From: Klebsormidium nitens
Taxonomy: Eukaryota; Plantae; Klebsormidiophyceae
Reading direction: 5' to 3'
NCBI GenBank assembly: GCA_000708835.1
Contig: DF237025.1
Location: 172,959-236,958 of the forward strand
Length of the DNA: 64,000 nucleotides
A program made the translations under genes and the position numbers. A model generated the notes under the pieces. That model searched no databases. It was given only the letters and a program-made list of their open reading frames with translations, and had not been told where the DNA came from. Shown piece by piece: positions 48,047 through 60,000 of this stretch. Each line of letters begins with the position of its first letter. Position 1 is the stretch's first letter.

Positions 48047-51000
48047 TCATGTTCCATTTGGACCGGTAGGCTCCATCGTGCTGAATACCTCCTCGTGGTA
48101 GCGGCCCGATGACGCCATCGCGCCGAATCTTTTGGGTCCTGAGATACGAACAGAAAGTGATTACTAACACTGACGTCATTAGCTGAGACCAATCTTCCGC
48201 CGGCCCCCAGTTTTACAACCAGTAGTGCACCCTTGCTTGTAATCAGCTTTGCTTATGCAGTCCACTCATGGCAACACGGTTCCAAACCTTTGCATTCGTA
48301 GACCTTGACTTGACTTGATTCGCTTGAAGCTAGCATCAGAGAAGCAGGGTAGATTCGGAGACGACCGGCAACTCCAGAATATAAGTGGCTTGGTCATTTC
48401 AGCACTTTGCAGCAGACTCCGCGGCGACCGCCCTTTGCCACATCTGACCGGGATCTCACCCAGAAGAAATCGAAACGCGGCCGCGACTCCGTCGGCCATG
48501 CGCGAGCTCCCGCAGACGTACACGTGGCAGTTTGGGTTCTCCAAAAGAGGAGCGAGACGCTCCGCGCACTGAATGAGCAGCAAGCCAATTGTCAGGGCAA
48601 GTTGGTACGATGCGCCGTTGCCGCCTGTGTCACGATTCGACGGCAAAGTTTTGAGTAAACTCTGCAAACGCCTGCAGCTGTGAAGACTCTTTGCGTGCCA
48701 GTGTCATGGGCTGACCCTTGCAACCGGTTCGCATTCTCGATAAGTTTCTTGATACTGTAGAGAAACCTTATATTCATACTCAAGAGGAGGACGTCCTGGC
48801 TGGGTTTTACCGGCTCTGTATCGGCCCTTTGGGTTACACGGCCCTCCGGATAGAAATTTGGTTACAAAGCCGTTAACCAGGTCGAGTTATTCGCGGACTT
48901 CCTTTCTCACCTGCCGCAGTTTGTCCTGCACGTACTCTTTGGGGTGATTCCGGTCCCTGGAAAAAGCCACCGAGCGGAACGACAGCGCGCCTGCCGCGGC
49001 CGCGGTATTGCACTCTTTTCTGCGGAGGTTTCCAAAAAACGCAATTCTCAAAGGGCGTTCGATGCAGGGCTTGATCCTTTGTAAACGGTCGGCTGAGATG
49101 TTTGATGTTCTGTCTGGCAACGATCCTTCACATTCTTCAGAAATAAACGCAGAGAGTTTGCGGTCGAATCCTGATAGAAAAGCGTTCGAACGACTTTCAC
49201 GCCTACGATAGAATGAAATTCAGATAATCCTGATTCTCGATTTGGCTGACATTCGTTCGATGGCATCATCCGCGTGAAACCTTTCAAAGACACCACGGCC
49301 ATGAAGAAATTACGCCCTCCGTCACTTCGTTCTTGGAAGCCTGATTTCAATGAATACGGGTTACGACTAACCCGTTCTGGTTAAAGGGACGCCTCACCTG
49401 GATAGGTCCTCTTCTTCGCTGCGGCAGCCGTACAGAAGCGCGCAAGGACCGACGCCCCGTGCCCGGTTGGCTAGAACCGACCGCTGCAGCAGGAACCCTC
49501 GAAGGGGAGCAAACCCTGTGCCGGCCGCGACCATAATAACCGGGTGCTGGGAGTTCAAAGGTAGCTTGAAGCTGGACACCTGTCAAAGCGAGAAGACGGG
49601 AAGTCAGCCGTTGCCTTTTGAGAAGACACGAGCAGATTGAAGCCCGAGAAATAGGTTGCGGAGCGCTTACCTCAAAATCTCCTAACCACGGGGGGAGTAC
49701 GAGTTCCGCTACTAGGAATGTGGGCTGTTGAGAGTTGCGTGATACTCGCCGGAGAGCTGAACGGATTCGAAAGGCAGGAAATCTATGCAATCAGCCTCGA
49801 AAGTTTGAACGGGGACTCAAAATTACGAATGTAAGTTCAACGGTGAAAATGTCCTCGCATACGTTGGAATTGAACGCCGGTAGACACATCCACGACCGGT
49901 GTTTTCCCGGATCACTGACAAACCCAGAAGCAACAGTCGCTAACCCAAACTAGTATCTTGACGGCGTCTCCAAAACCTGGGTCGTTATCGTCCTTGCCCC
50001 GTTTTTAAGGGGTGGCCGGAGGTGCTTCCTAGCCTTCTTTTCTCCTTACGATCTTCCAAGTTGGGTTCATAGTCTCTTCAGCGTGCTTCTTTAGCACATA
50101 ACTATCTCCGTTCCGCCACCCTGCTTAGTCATGGGCCAACGAGAGTCGCCTGCCCTCACCTTCAGAATCTGCATTCTGACGTCATCTCCGGGTTGTACGC
50201 CTTCCGTCAGATAGCCCGAGCAGCTCCCGGTTCGTCTGCCGCCGCCGGGGGCGCTCCACGCCGTCTTTCCGCACAGTAAATGAGCCTGCGACACGTGGCG
50301 CTAGCAAAAATATACCCTCTTTCCACTCGATCCTTTTCTCGGCAATTCGTACCACAGCTTTTCTCAAGCGTGGTACACGGGACGCAAGCCTTACTCGCAG
50401 CGATAGAGATCCTGGGCCGCTTTGACATCGTCACCAATCCGTAAGACTGGACTCTGAGAGAACTAAACAGCAAAAAAAGAAGAGAAAACAAAAGTTGGCT
50501 TTCTCACTTCTCCCGGAGAAGCGAGCGCGCTGCTCGCGACGCTGTAGTGGCGCGCGTGGATCGGCGGCGCGAGCTGTAGGAACACTTCCACGGGCAGGTT
50601 TTGGGAGAGGGATGCGAAGAGGTCGAAGATGTCGAGCCACCTGCGAGCAACTCAAATCAGTCTGTGTCTCATTCCACTGAAACTTCCAAGGGGGATTGTT
50701 TCAAGCGCGAACGATTGCGACAGTGTTTGGACAGCCGCCAATGAAAGCTTCAAGGGAAAAGGACAGGTGATGTTTGCGAGGAGAAGGTTGGAAGATTTGA
50801 CTGTTCTTGCGAGTCAGATGGGTTCTTGAGGACCATAACGGTTGCTGGACAATGGTGGATGAGATCGGTTCCGGTCTACAGAGCCGGTACTTTTACCACC
50901 CTTCCTGGCACTTCCGTCGAATCACAGCCCCTGAGTTGAAGCTCGACGAGGGCTTCTTTGCGTACCTCGGTATCCATCCTTTATCCGACAAACCTTTGGA

Positions 51001-54000
51001 TACCACGTTCTAAAGTGATGAAGTCCTCTTGCTAATCTGACGACTCTTTCGGCCGCAAAGCAGACAGAAAAGACGGAAGTACTCTACGAGACTACTCGTC
51101 GATCAGTACGCTATCTCGTCTTTTGGGATCTGGAGACATGCCTGTTGTTTGCAGATCGTAGAGAATCAAAAATACCTTGTCTGGCGGCTGTCGTTCCAAG
51201 TGTCAAACAGCTGTTCGTCGCCCCCAAGCTCGGCGAGAATGTCAATCTGAACTTTTTGTCCCGCATACTGCGAAAGGAGCGCACTTTATACATCAGCACA
51301 CGTAGGGAAGCCGCTGTTAATCACAGATCCTGACCTAAGAGTTTTATAATCCGGGATTATGCGGAAAGTTCCAGATTTAATCGGCCAGCCAGCTGATCGA
51401 GGCAACCCAAGATGCAGGTCGGCACAGAATAATAATGAGATCTGTCATCCGGGTAAAAGATACACAGAGACCTTGCCCCCATCCATTCCGCTGTCAAAAG
51501 CCATGCAACCCCTGCTATCTAGACGTGAAACTCTTCCTGACGCAAGTTCATTCCAGAATGTACTTTCTACACAAAGACATTTCGTTTCAAGGCGCTGACG
51601 GACTAGACACATTGCCAAAGACGAAATGCTGGAATATCCATCACTTGCTTCTTAATGGTTTCTTTGCATTCGGTTGCTTACCTTTGAGAGGGGCGCAAGC
51701 GCCTCAAAGCGGACGGGCGCAAGAAGTGCCACGTGTCTCGTGAGCAAGTTCCAGAGGGTGTTTGGCAAGGGGTACGGTGGAGCCCCGCCCATCGGACCGT
51801 CCACAAAGAGCGGCTCCAGATCGAACGGCTGGGAGAGCGGGATGCTAAAGTGCGCGGCAAAGCGCGCGAGCGCTACGCGGTCCACGTGGTTGTTGGTGGG
51901 CAGTACGCTGACGTGATCACCTGGATGCGAGCACCGTGTCAGCTGATGATTGCTGATAACGGTTGTTTGGCTCACACGTTATGAATCGCTTATGGATCTC
52001 TGAGGGTTCTGCACAGCATTAGACGTCCGTGGGAACTGTCAAGCTGTCGTTTTGCACGGGGAGGAGACCCTCTTCGCGCTGAATAGTAACCCAGTTATAC
52101 GGTCTCTCGTATTGTACCTACCACAAGGTCTCACCCCTTCCTAAAAAAGCAAGGAGACTGTTAAAATCATGGTCTATTTCGTACCAGTCACAAGAGTGAT
52201 CCATTTGCATCCCAGCGTCCGTCGGTTTGCACGCGGGGCATTTGAGCAGGTCACGGCAAGTCATGGCTTGGTCACAGCGTAACCTGGGAAGCTAGAAGCT
52301 GACCTGGCTCGTACAAGGCCTCCGGAGCGCCCGAGAGATCCAGCCCGATGAGTTTGCTGGAGCGGCCTTCCGGACTCTTTGGGAGGAGTTCCTCGCACGT
52401 CAGCACTCGCGCCGTCAGGAAGCCGTCGGCCACGGGCGCGATCCGTTGTGAACCTGGCGGAGAGGAGTTTTGGGGTTTCAGAGTCAGGAAAGCTTGAAGT
52501 ATTTCAAAGGAAAAAAACGTTTTAGATTCTGTAGAAGCGAACATGTCACTTTTGTACGTTGCGAAGAGGTAACAAGCATATTGAGAGATCAGGAGACAAA
52601 CCGGCTGTCAAATCGGTTACATAAGAAGGTGACAAGCCGACCGCGACGGGCAGGCGCTGTGCAAGCCTAACGAGCTCGAGCTCTCGAGAAAGTGCTCACA
52701 CATAAGGATATTACCGATGTTGTTATCTCGACTGACTGGCAAGCGGCTTCAATGAGTGGCCATATGACGTAGAAGGGAACGCAACTCGATATTGCTTGCC
52801 TCTTCTTTTCACCAGCTTCTCGTGAGTTTTGAGGGTGCTGATAGTGTCAAAGGTGCTTTCTAACTGCAGTGAGTTGGCCCTCAGGCTTTCCTCGTGATCA
52901 TATCTTTCAGAACTAAAACCAAGAATAAGTCAGGAACCAAAAGAAGCGTAGGTCAGCTCTTACCGGCCAGAGGCACTATTTGGTAGCGGCACGTGAAAGA
53001 CGGATTGGGGGGCGACCGCTCCTCCAACTGGGCGAGGACGCAACTGGTCGCCCTCTCGTACTTAGGCTGCAACCGCACAGGGGTGTGATTAACCCAAGCA
53101 GGTTAACCGTTGGGTTTAAGCGTGGTCTAACATCACGTCTAGGAAAGCTTTGGAAACCAGCTAGTCCCTTAGAAAACGTCATTTCGGTCCTCAAGATTGA
53201 CGTTCACGATTTGAAGACAACGTCAATTCGAGGGGCGTTCTCGGTTCAGTGGTCTCTGAGCTTAGCACTTTCGCTTGGTTGAAAAGATCTGAAGAAGCGA
53301 CATAAGCATTATATCGTAGGTGAAAACTATTTAGTAACAGGAAAACGTTCTTCTTGTGCGCAAAGCACGTGATACGAACAAACTTGGATTCCGTCTGGCA
53401 CCAGTCCAGCATATGCATCTTCTTCGGTGGTTCGAGATCAACAACAATTGAGGGAGGAGGCCGAGATACGACGCCACTGGAACAATAGACGCAAACTTGT
53501 GGCGTCCCAGCAAACCGAATGCCTTTATAAACCAGCGGCAAAGCGTCGACCTACAAAACCAACACCGCATTCGTAGAGAAAGTACTCACCTTGACCGCCG
53601 ATGCAAAGCTCTCCACCGTGCGTCTCATCCAGTGAGAGAAGGCAGAGTCTCGATCGCCCATCTGATCCCCTCTGCCCACTGACGTCAACGACGCGCCTCC
53701 TGCAACGGGTGACAAAGTTCTGGAACGAAGCCTACCTCCGATCAGCTTTTCCAATTACGGTGATACCTTTCTTTGAAAGGTGTACGCTTTTGATTGGGTG
53801 GGATCGGCAGAATCAGTTTTACTGGAGGCCACGTAGCAACAGAACAACTCGGAAATCGCCCGTTTACAAATTTTCAGTTCCAGTGCATGTAGCAGAGGGA
53901 CCAGAAGTCGATTACCTGCCGCGCGCGCGGCCGCGTGCACGGTGTCCGCGGCCGCGCAGAAGCGCGGGTACGCGCGGCTGCCGAGCCCAAAGACGGAGAA

Positions 54001-57000
54001 CCTCAGCCCAGCGACAGGGGACTTTGGGCTGCCCCCGTGAGCAGCAGCCCAGTCGAGAAACCTGCGAGAAGTGTTATCAAATAATCATTATAATCAAGAA
54101 CTTCGAGAAACCTGCGAGACGGACACAGCCTTAGAGACCGGGAATTGAACCGGTCGCCGAATGCACTGGGCCGTGGGGCGTGTGGTGCTCGTTATCGGGG
54201 GTTTGTCGATCCTCGTTCGCGCGAGCAATCGAGGCGCTAACCGGGCCTGGTTAAGGGCGGTTAAAAAGGCTTCAACACGGTGGAAAGGAGTACAGGTTTG
54301 GACCTGTCAACTGGCGTCGAAGTCGCCACCTGGTACCTCGCACTGGGAGCTGAAGCTTTTTGAAACAGATGATACTTCTAACCAGTCAAACGATTAAGGC
54401 AGTCCGCTTTGTAAGTCTGATCAGAACGTGACCGTGTCTTCAATACGACCGCTTTGAAGGTCTTTTGTCTTCTCGTGGTCAATTGAACTGCTAGCAAAAA
54501 GTTGAAAAGGCTTACTTCAGTGCTGACGTCGGCAGTGATCCCGAACCGCAAGTGGAGATCAGCAGCAATAGCAGGTTGGCGGAAGCCAAGTCAACGGTCG
54601 AGAACTCCTCGATGCTGATTGTGGTGACATCGAACGCGCTTCCCAGCGCGCTACTTGTCTGCAACAAACAATCACAAAGTAAGCAGCACAATCGTCAGAG
54701 TAATAAGATCCCTTGTGCACGAGCGTGGCGAGAATTTAAGATCAGGCGAAGCTTCTCAAGTGGGTTGATATCATACGGAATTCGTTGGTGATTGCACTCA
54801 AGGAGACGGGCACCGATCAGCTATCTGAGAGCGGTTAGCAGATCTGACGAAAAGCAGGCTGAGCGCTGGGCAAGCACTTTCCTAGCACTTCTGAGCGATC
54901 ATACGCATGAGCTACAGGCAGAAAAGAACGGAAAGTGCGCTGATCTGGCAGCTGATCACAATGGGGAAAACATCCACCTAATAAAATAACCATCAAGCAA
55001 GCAGAAGGCGCGTCTTGTTTCCAACCTCACTTCGCTGATTACATTTCACCGAAGACGCTCTCTGCGCCTCAACAAGGAAACGAATGTCCATCTCACTCTC
55101 AGGGCGAACTCGCGCGCGGTCCCCGTCATGCTCGCGTACATCACCACGGCGCGCGGCCGCGCGGCCGCGACGCGCGCCTTGCAGCGCCCCAGGAAGCGGC
55201 ACACGTACGGGTTCAGGAACGCGGGGCGCAACGGGGCCCCTGGCGAGTACTCAAACCTCCCCCCGAACCACTCGCGAGCGTAGACTTTGAATTTCGGCGA
55301 TCGAATGTAAGCAGGCTGGAGAGTGTACTCGGTCGCTTTCGACAGGCCGAGATAGCACTTGCTCGTGGACGCAGCGACCGGGGGAATGATCCACTTCCAG
55401 TTGGTGGGCGTGTAGCCCCGCGCGGCCTTTTCGTCCTGTAAGGCGGCATAATATGGCTGGACTTTTGGATTCTGAGATTTTGGAAGTCCCGGTTTTGAGG
55501 TTTTGGAGCGGGCCAAAGAGATCATCTACCCGCTCTTGATTCGCTAGGAGTGGGCTCTTGATTGATCGCCAGATGCTCTGAAAGTTGCGGCTCGTGGAAA
55601 TTTTCGTCTTTGAGGCCGTCGAGCAAACGACGGTCGTGGTCGACAGGCATCGCTTAGTCAAACGGCTGAAAAGCTGTTTTGAGTTTATCAGGGGGTGAAT
55701 GGCTTGCCGTCGATGGAACGCTTGTACCTTGTTCCCTGAAGCAAAGCTAGAAAAGAGAGGCAATAATGGTTTTTTAAAGTGACATCGGCTGGTTTGGATG
55801 AGCTACCCAGCCCGAGATCCTCACTCGGAGGTTGTCTGGAATCTGTAAAGTGCCCACTACCATCAATCGGTGAAAGATTGTAAGTGCTTTGCTCGAGTTG
55901 CACGACAACAGCACAACGGCTAGCCCGACGGAGGTTGCTTAATCGAGACTGAATAAGGTTGGGATTCATTTCGCTCATACCCGCCACTTCGAGACTTCGA
56001 CCACCTCAAAAGTTTCCACCCAAGCCATGTGAGGTTCCATCAGGGCGTTCAAACTCGAAACATTCGTCTAAGGTCAAAAGCTCAGCAGCTGATCTGCTCT
56101 TTGGCACTTGAAACAGCACCCTAAGTACGTTGCGATCGTCTTAATCGCGTGTAAACTCGAATCGTCAAATGTTTACTGGGCTTACATGGTGCCACTTCCA
56201 GAACTGCTCCATCAGCGTGTGGTGGTCTGTCATTGCGATGCCGGCTCTTTGCCAGCTGTATAAGATCGCCTGCAGAGCGACCGAAAGAGTTGAGTCAGCA
56301 ACGGAAGCATTTGTATATCTTGGTGTTAAAGAGCGTGCGGTGGCATAGAGCCAAGTAGCTTTTGGAAATGGATTGGGTTTCTTTCCATTCCCGCCGCGTG
56401 ATGACTTTTGATTCGTCTGGTCAATATTCCAGTCCACTTCTGGAACATCCTGAAGCATCTGTTCGCGGTTGAACCGTAGCCGCGTACTCGAGACTCTGTC
56501 GTTTCGAGGCGTCCCGACAAGTGAAGGCTTCTCTCTCGCCTTTCCAGGTACGGACCAGCAACCTTGGCGAAGTTACCAGCCTGCTTGGCTGGTTGGTGAT
56601 TGCAACCCCATCAATTACTCGCTAAACAGGGCCCCTTTCTGAACCCCTTCTGCGGGCTTGAATTCGGCTGCCTTTGCGGCTTGAATTCGGCTGCCTTTGC
56701 GGCTTGAAGGCCACCGCTTCTCCCCATGTGGGCACAAATCTCGCCGTAAGAGCTTCCGCATTTGAGTGCCTGTTGAAGCGTTTGATGTACAAACGAGCCA
56801 GCCGGAGGACTCACGATCCCTGCTGGCAGAATTGCCACGTGTCCTCACCTGGTTGAGCGCCAGGAGCGCCGCGTCCTTCCACAGGCTAGAGTTGTCGTTA
56901 ACTGCTAACCCCAGATGGTTTGCGATAATTGGCAACACGTTGTAGCGCGACTCGTCGCTCAGGTTGCGAATGATCTCCGTGTCCGCGTACCTGGGTTAAG

Positions 57001-60000
57001 ATATAACCGAGGGTTGCAAACCGGCCAGATTTACGCGCGAGCGCACTAGGTCGAGGCGTCTTATAGACTGATGATGAGTTGTTTACAGGGCAAGTAGATC
57101 TTCAGAGCTTTGATGATTTTCGGGTTAAGGCCTATCTCGTGCAACAGAAAAGCCAAAAGTACGAAACCCTTGATGACGAGAAGAACAAATATGTTGTGCT
57201 GATTCAATTCTCCAGACTTGAAGTCACCCACGTCATCGCCAACGTCAAAGAGCAGATTGCGGAATGAGAAACCACAGGGTTAAGGCAAACCCACCAGCCA
57301 GTGAACGGCGCCCCGGTGTACTTCAGCCCCCCGAGCGTGAGCTGCATGTCTGAAACGCAGGGGATTCCGTACCAGCGGAGCCCCAGGCCCCCAAACCATG
57401 GGTGGTTAGGGTGGGTTAGCGGCACCAGGGGCACGTACTGGGGGGACACCTCGAACAGCTCAGGTTTTTTGTCTGGGCTCGGTTGGAGGACAAGGGGCAA
57501 GATGTCGAAATTGGTGCCTGCAGGGGGAAAGGCAGCCGTTAGGAAGGTCTTTTTCTAGCGCCGGCACTGGGCGCTTTTCTGTTCCTTTGGGAGCGATTTT
57601 GTGAAGAGCGTAGTGTAATCCACGCAACGCCTGACGTCAGCTTTGGGGACAGTTCCCTCAAAACATTTGGTTGTGTCGCTGCAAACCTTCAAACGCAATT
57701 TCGCTCGCGGACCGATCTATTGTGTGCCTCAAGGTCTAACGCGCTCTCCACCCGGAGCTTCGGCAGTATCTCTGCAATACTGAGTCCTGACCGAACCTGG
57801 CGGAAGGAAGCGTCTGTGAGCGCTTTTGCCCCGTTAAACTGTGATCAAAAGGCGTGCTCGCAAGGAAAACTGCGCGGGTGGTTGAACGAAGCAGAGAGGG
57901 CTGGCCATGCTCTGCGGACAATCCCCATACATGTACAGAATGCAGAGCTCAGCTTTTTCATTGCTGGTGATCCTACAGATGCAAAACTTCCAAAAGTGGC
58001 ACCAGTATCCAACAAACGTTTGGGCCCCGCACCCATCATTCATGCTGAATGACTCTTTGTCAGGGGGGTGAGAGTCCATAGCCGTGACGTCACCTTCGCC
58101 CTTCCAGCCGAAATGCCGCGTCAACATCTCGGTGAATGCCAGCTCGGAGGGATCCCCCTTGACCTCCATATCCGGTTGCCGATAGCCTGTAAGTAACAAC
58201 CGTTCATCGTTTAAGACTTGTATGTGCCTATCCAGTCTATCAACGGCAGTACGAAGAAAAGCTACCACTGTTGCTAGACTTACAAGCAAAAAACAAAATA
58301 CATTGGTAGTTCAAACGGAGGCCTTCAATAAAATGGACGCTTCCATGACCGGAGGAAACGTTATCTAAGCATACACTCGAGTTCCAACTGTTTCTTGAAA
58401 GTGAGCATTCTCAAGGGCCCTCGGGTCCCTCTGCGGGCCTCTGAGCCAAGAAGGGTCTCAAATGGCCCTCAGATGGGGTACCCACTGAGTGGGCTGGGCC
58501 GATTCAGATTCTTGTATCAAGTCAGTCCTGTGTCTCCGACCAGATCAAGGACCAAACCAGACGTTTGGGGCTGTAAACCCACCTGCAAACCGCATCAGCT
58601 GCAAATTCCACACCCGCGGCCCCCCCTGCTTCGTCAGCGGATGCTCCGGACGGAAGACGGTGACGTAAACCTCGGCGGCCCCGCTGCTCACGGCGAGGTC
58701 CATCATCTCCAGACACGCCTCGTTCATGCCCTGGCATAATGACGCCACGTGTGTTGCGTCAGCAACGGTGTGAGATCCAAGTGAAGTCTGACGTGCAGTC
58801 GCCCAGTGGCCGTGCGTGTGACGTCAGCAGGCTGGTACGGCTCTACCAACGACGTTTAATACGTGGTGGAAGGCTCACTTAGGCGACGTCGTTGGTCGTC
58901 TGATCAGCCCAAAAGCACGGTAGTAGCTTCGAACAACCCACGACTGATGTCTATCCAACGAGTTCATTACACGTCAACGAGAAAGTAATTTCGCTTGGAA
59001 CTAGTAAGACCCCTGTGAGCCCACGTTTTTGGGCCGATATGTCCGTGCAGCACTCCGTTTGATCTGAACCGATTTCCTAGAAGTGAAACCGTGCATTCAG
59101 ACGCATCGGGCGGTCTGGGTTGGGACTGAAGCAAGCGAACACAGGAAACGATTTATCTTGACGCTGGGTTGTGCAATTGATGCCGTCTGTCTAATCGTAC
59201 CTCTGCTGTCGACACGTGGCGCTTGTCTAGCAGCCGCAGAGTGCTCCAGTACTTCCGGTTGGAGCATTTGGGCGCGTTCCTCCAGGCAACACGCACACCT
59301 GAGGATGAGACGAATCTTGAATGAAGAAGACTGCATGAAATCGACGGCTTTTCGTAAACAACCAGTGACGTCTCTAAGGAAGAGTTGGATTTTCAAGAAA
59401 ATCATGCTTGGTTGGATCCATCTGAGCACCTTGAGAACGGAAGATGGGGCAAGGCGGCTTCCCAAATCGGCAACCGACGTCCGATGCAGGGGTTTCGAAA
59501 GCGAACCGAAAGAGGAAAAACTTCTTTGATTGAAGGTCCTGTGTGCATCATTACAGACGACTATTGGCAGACGCCGAGAGAGAAAAGGAAAGACTCAGCT
59601 TTATAGAATATTGGAGAGGGTTCCTCTTGGGAGACTTTACAGTTCCGTCACTTTCGGAGGGAATGAGAAGCCTCCGAGGGCGAGAGCAGGGTGTTTAACA
59701 CCTCACCATGCTCCAGTTCGTCCGTCGTGTGTGAATAGGTCCCCTCCTTGTCGATGCTGGCAAGGATCTCAAGCACTCTTCGGGCCTTGACGTCCTTCGG
59801 GGACTGCTTCTCGTGGTGGTACAGTTCCTAGACCCGGGCAGGAAGAGCTGTTAGATACTCAATACACAGTACTTTAAACTACTACAGGAAGAGCGCCCTA
59901 GAGGGAGCACCCTCTATCAAAGAGCAGTGCAAGTGAAGTTGGGAAGTTCATTCTTGCCAGCCTGATTACTCGGAAGGTGAGCCCCGAGGCGCGGGCCGCG

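Noticed and set aside
50370-50455. Possible extra NOS exon between exons 18 and 19
   Set aside because: Exons 18 and 19 already join to give SPGE|AHLLCGKTAW, matching the expected FAD-domain strand. The extra segment has no NOS similarity.
54135-54200. GACCGGTTCAATTCCCGGTC (minus strand) resembling a tRNA T-arm / Pol III B-box
   Set aside because: No acceptor, D or anticodon arms can be folded, and the candidate A-box is too close. Not a tRNA; a SINE origin is unsupported.
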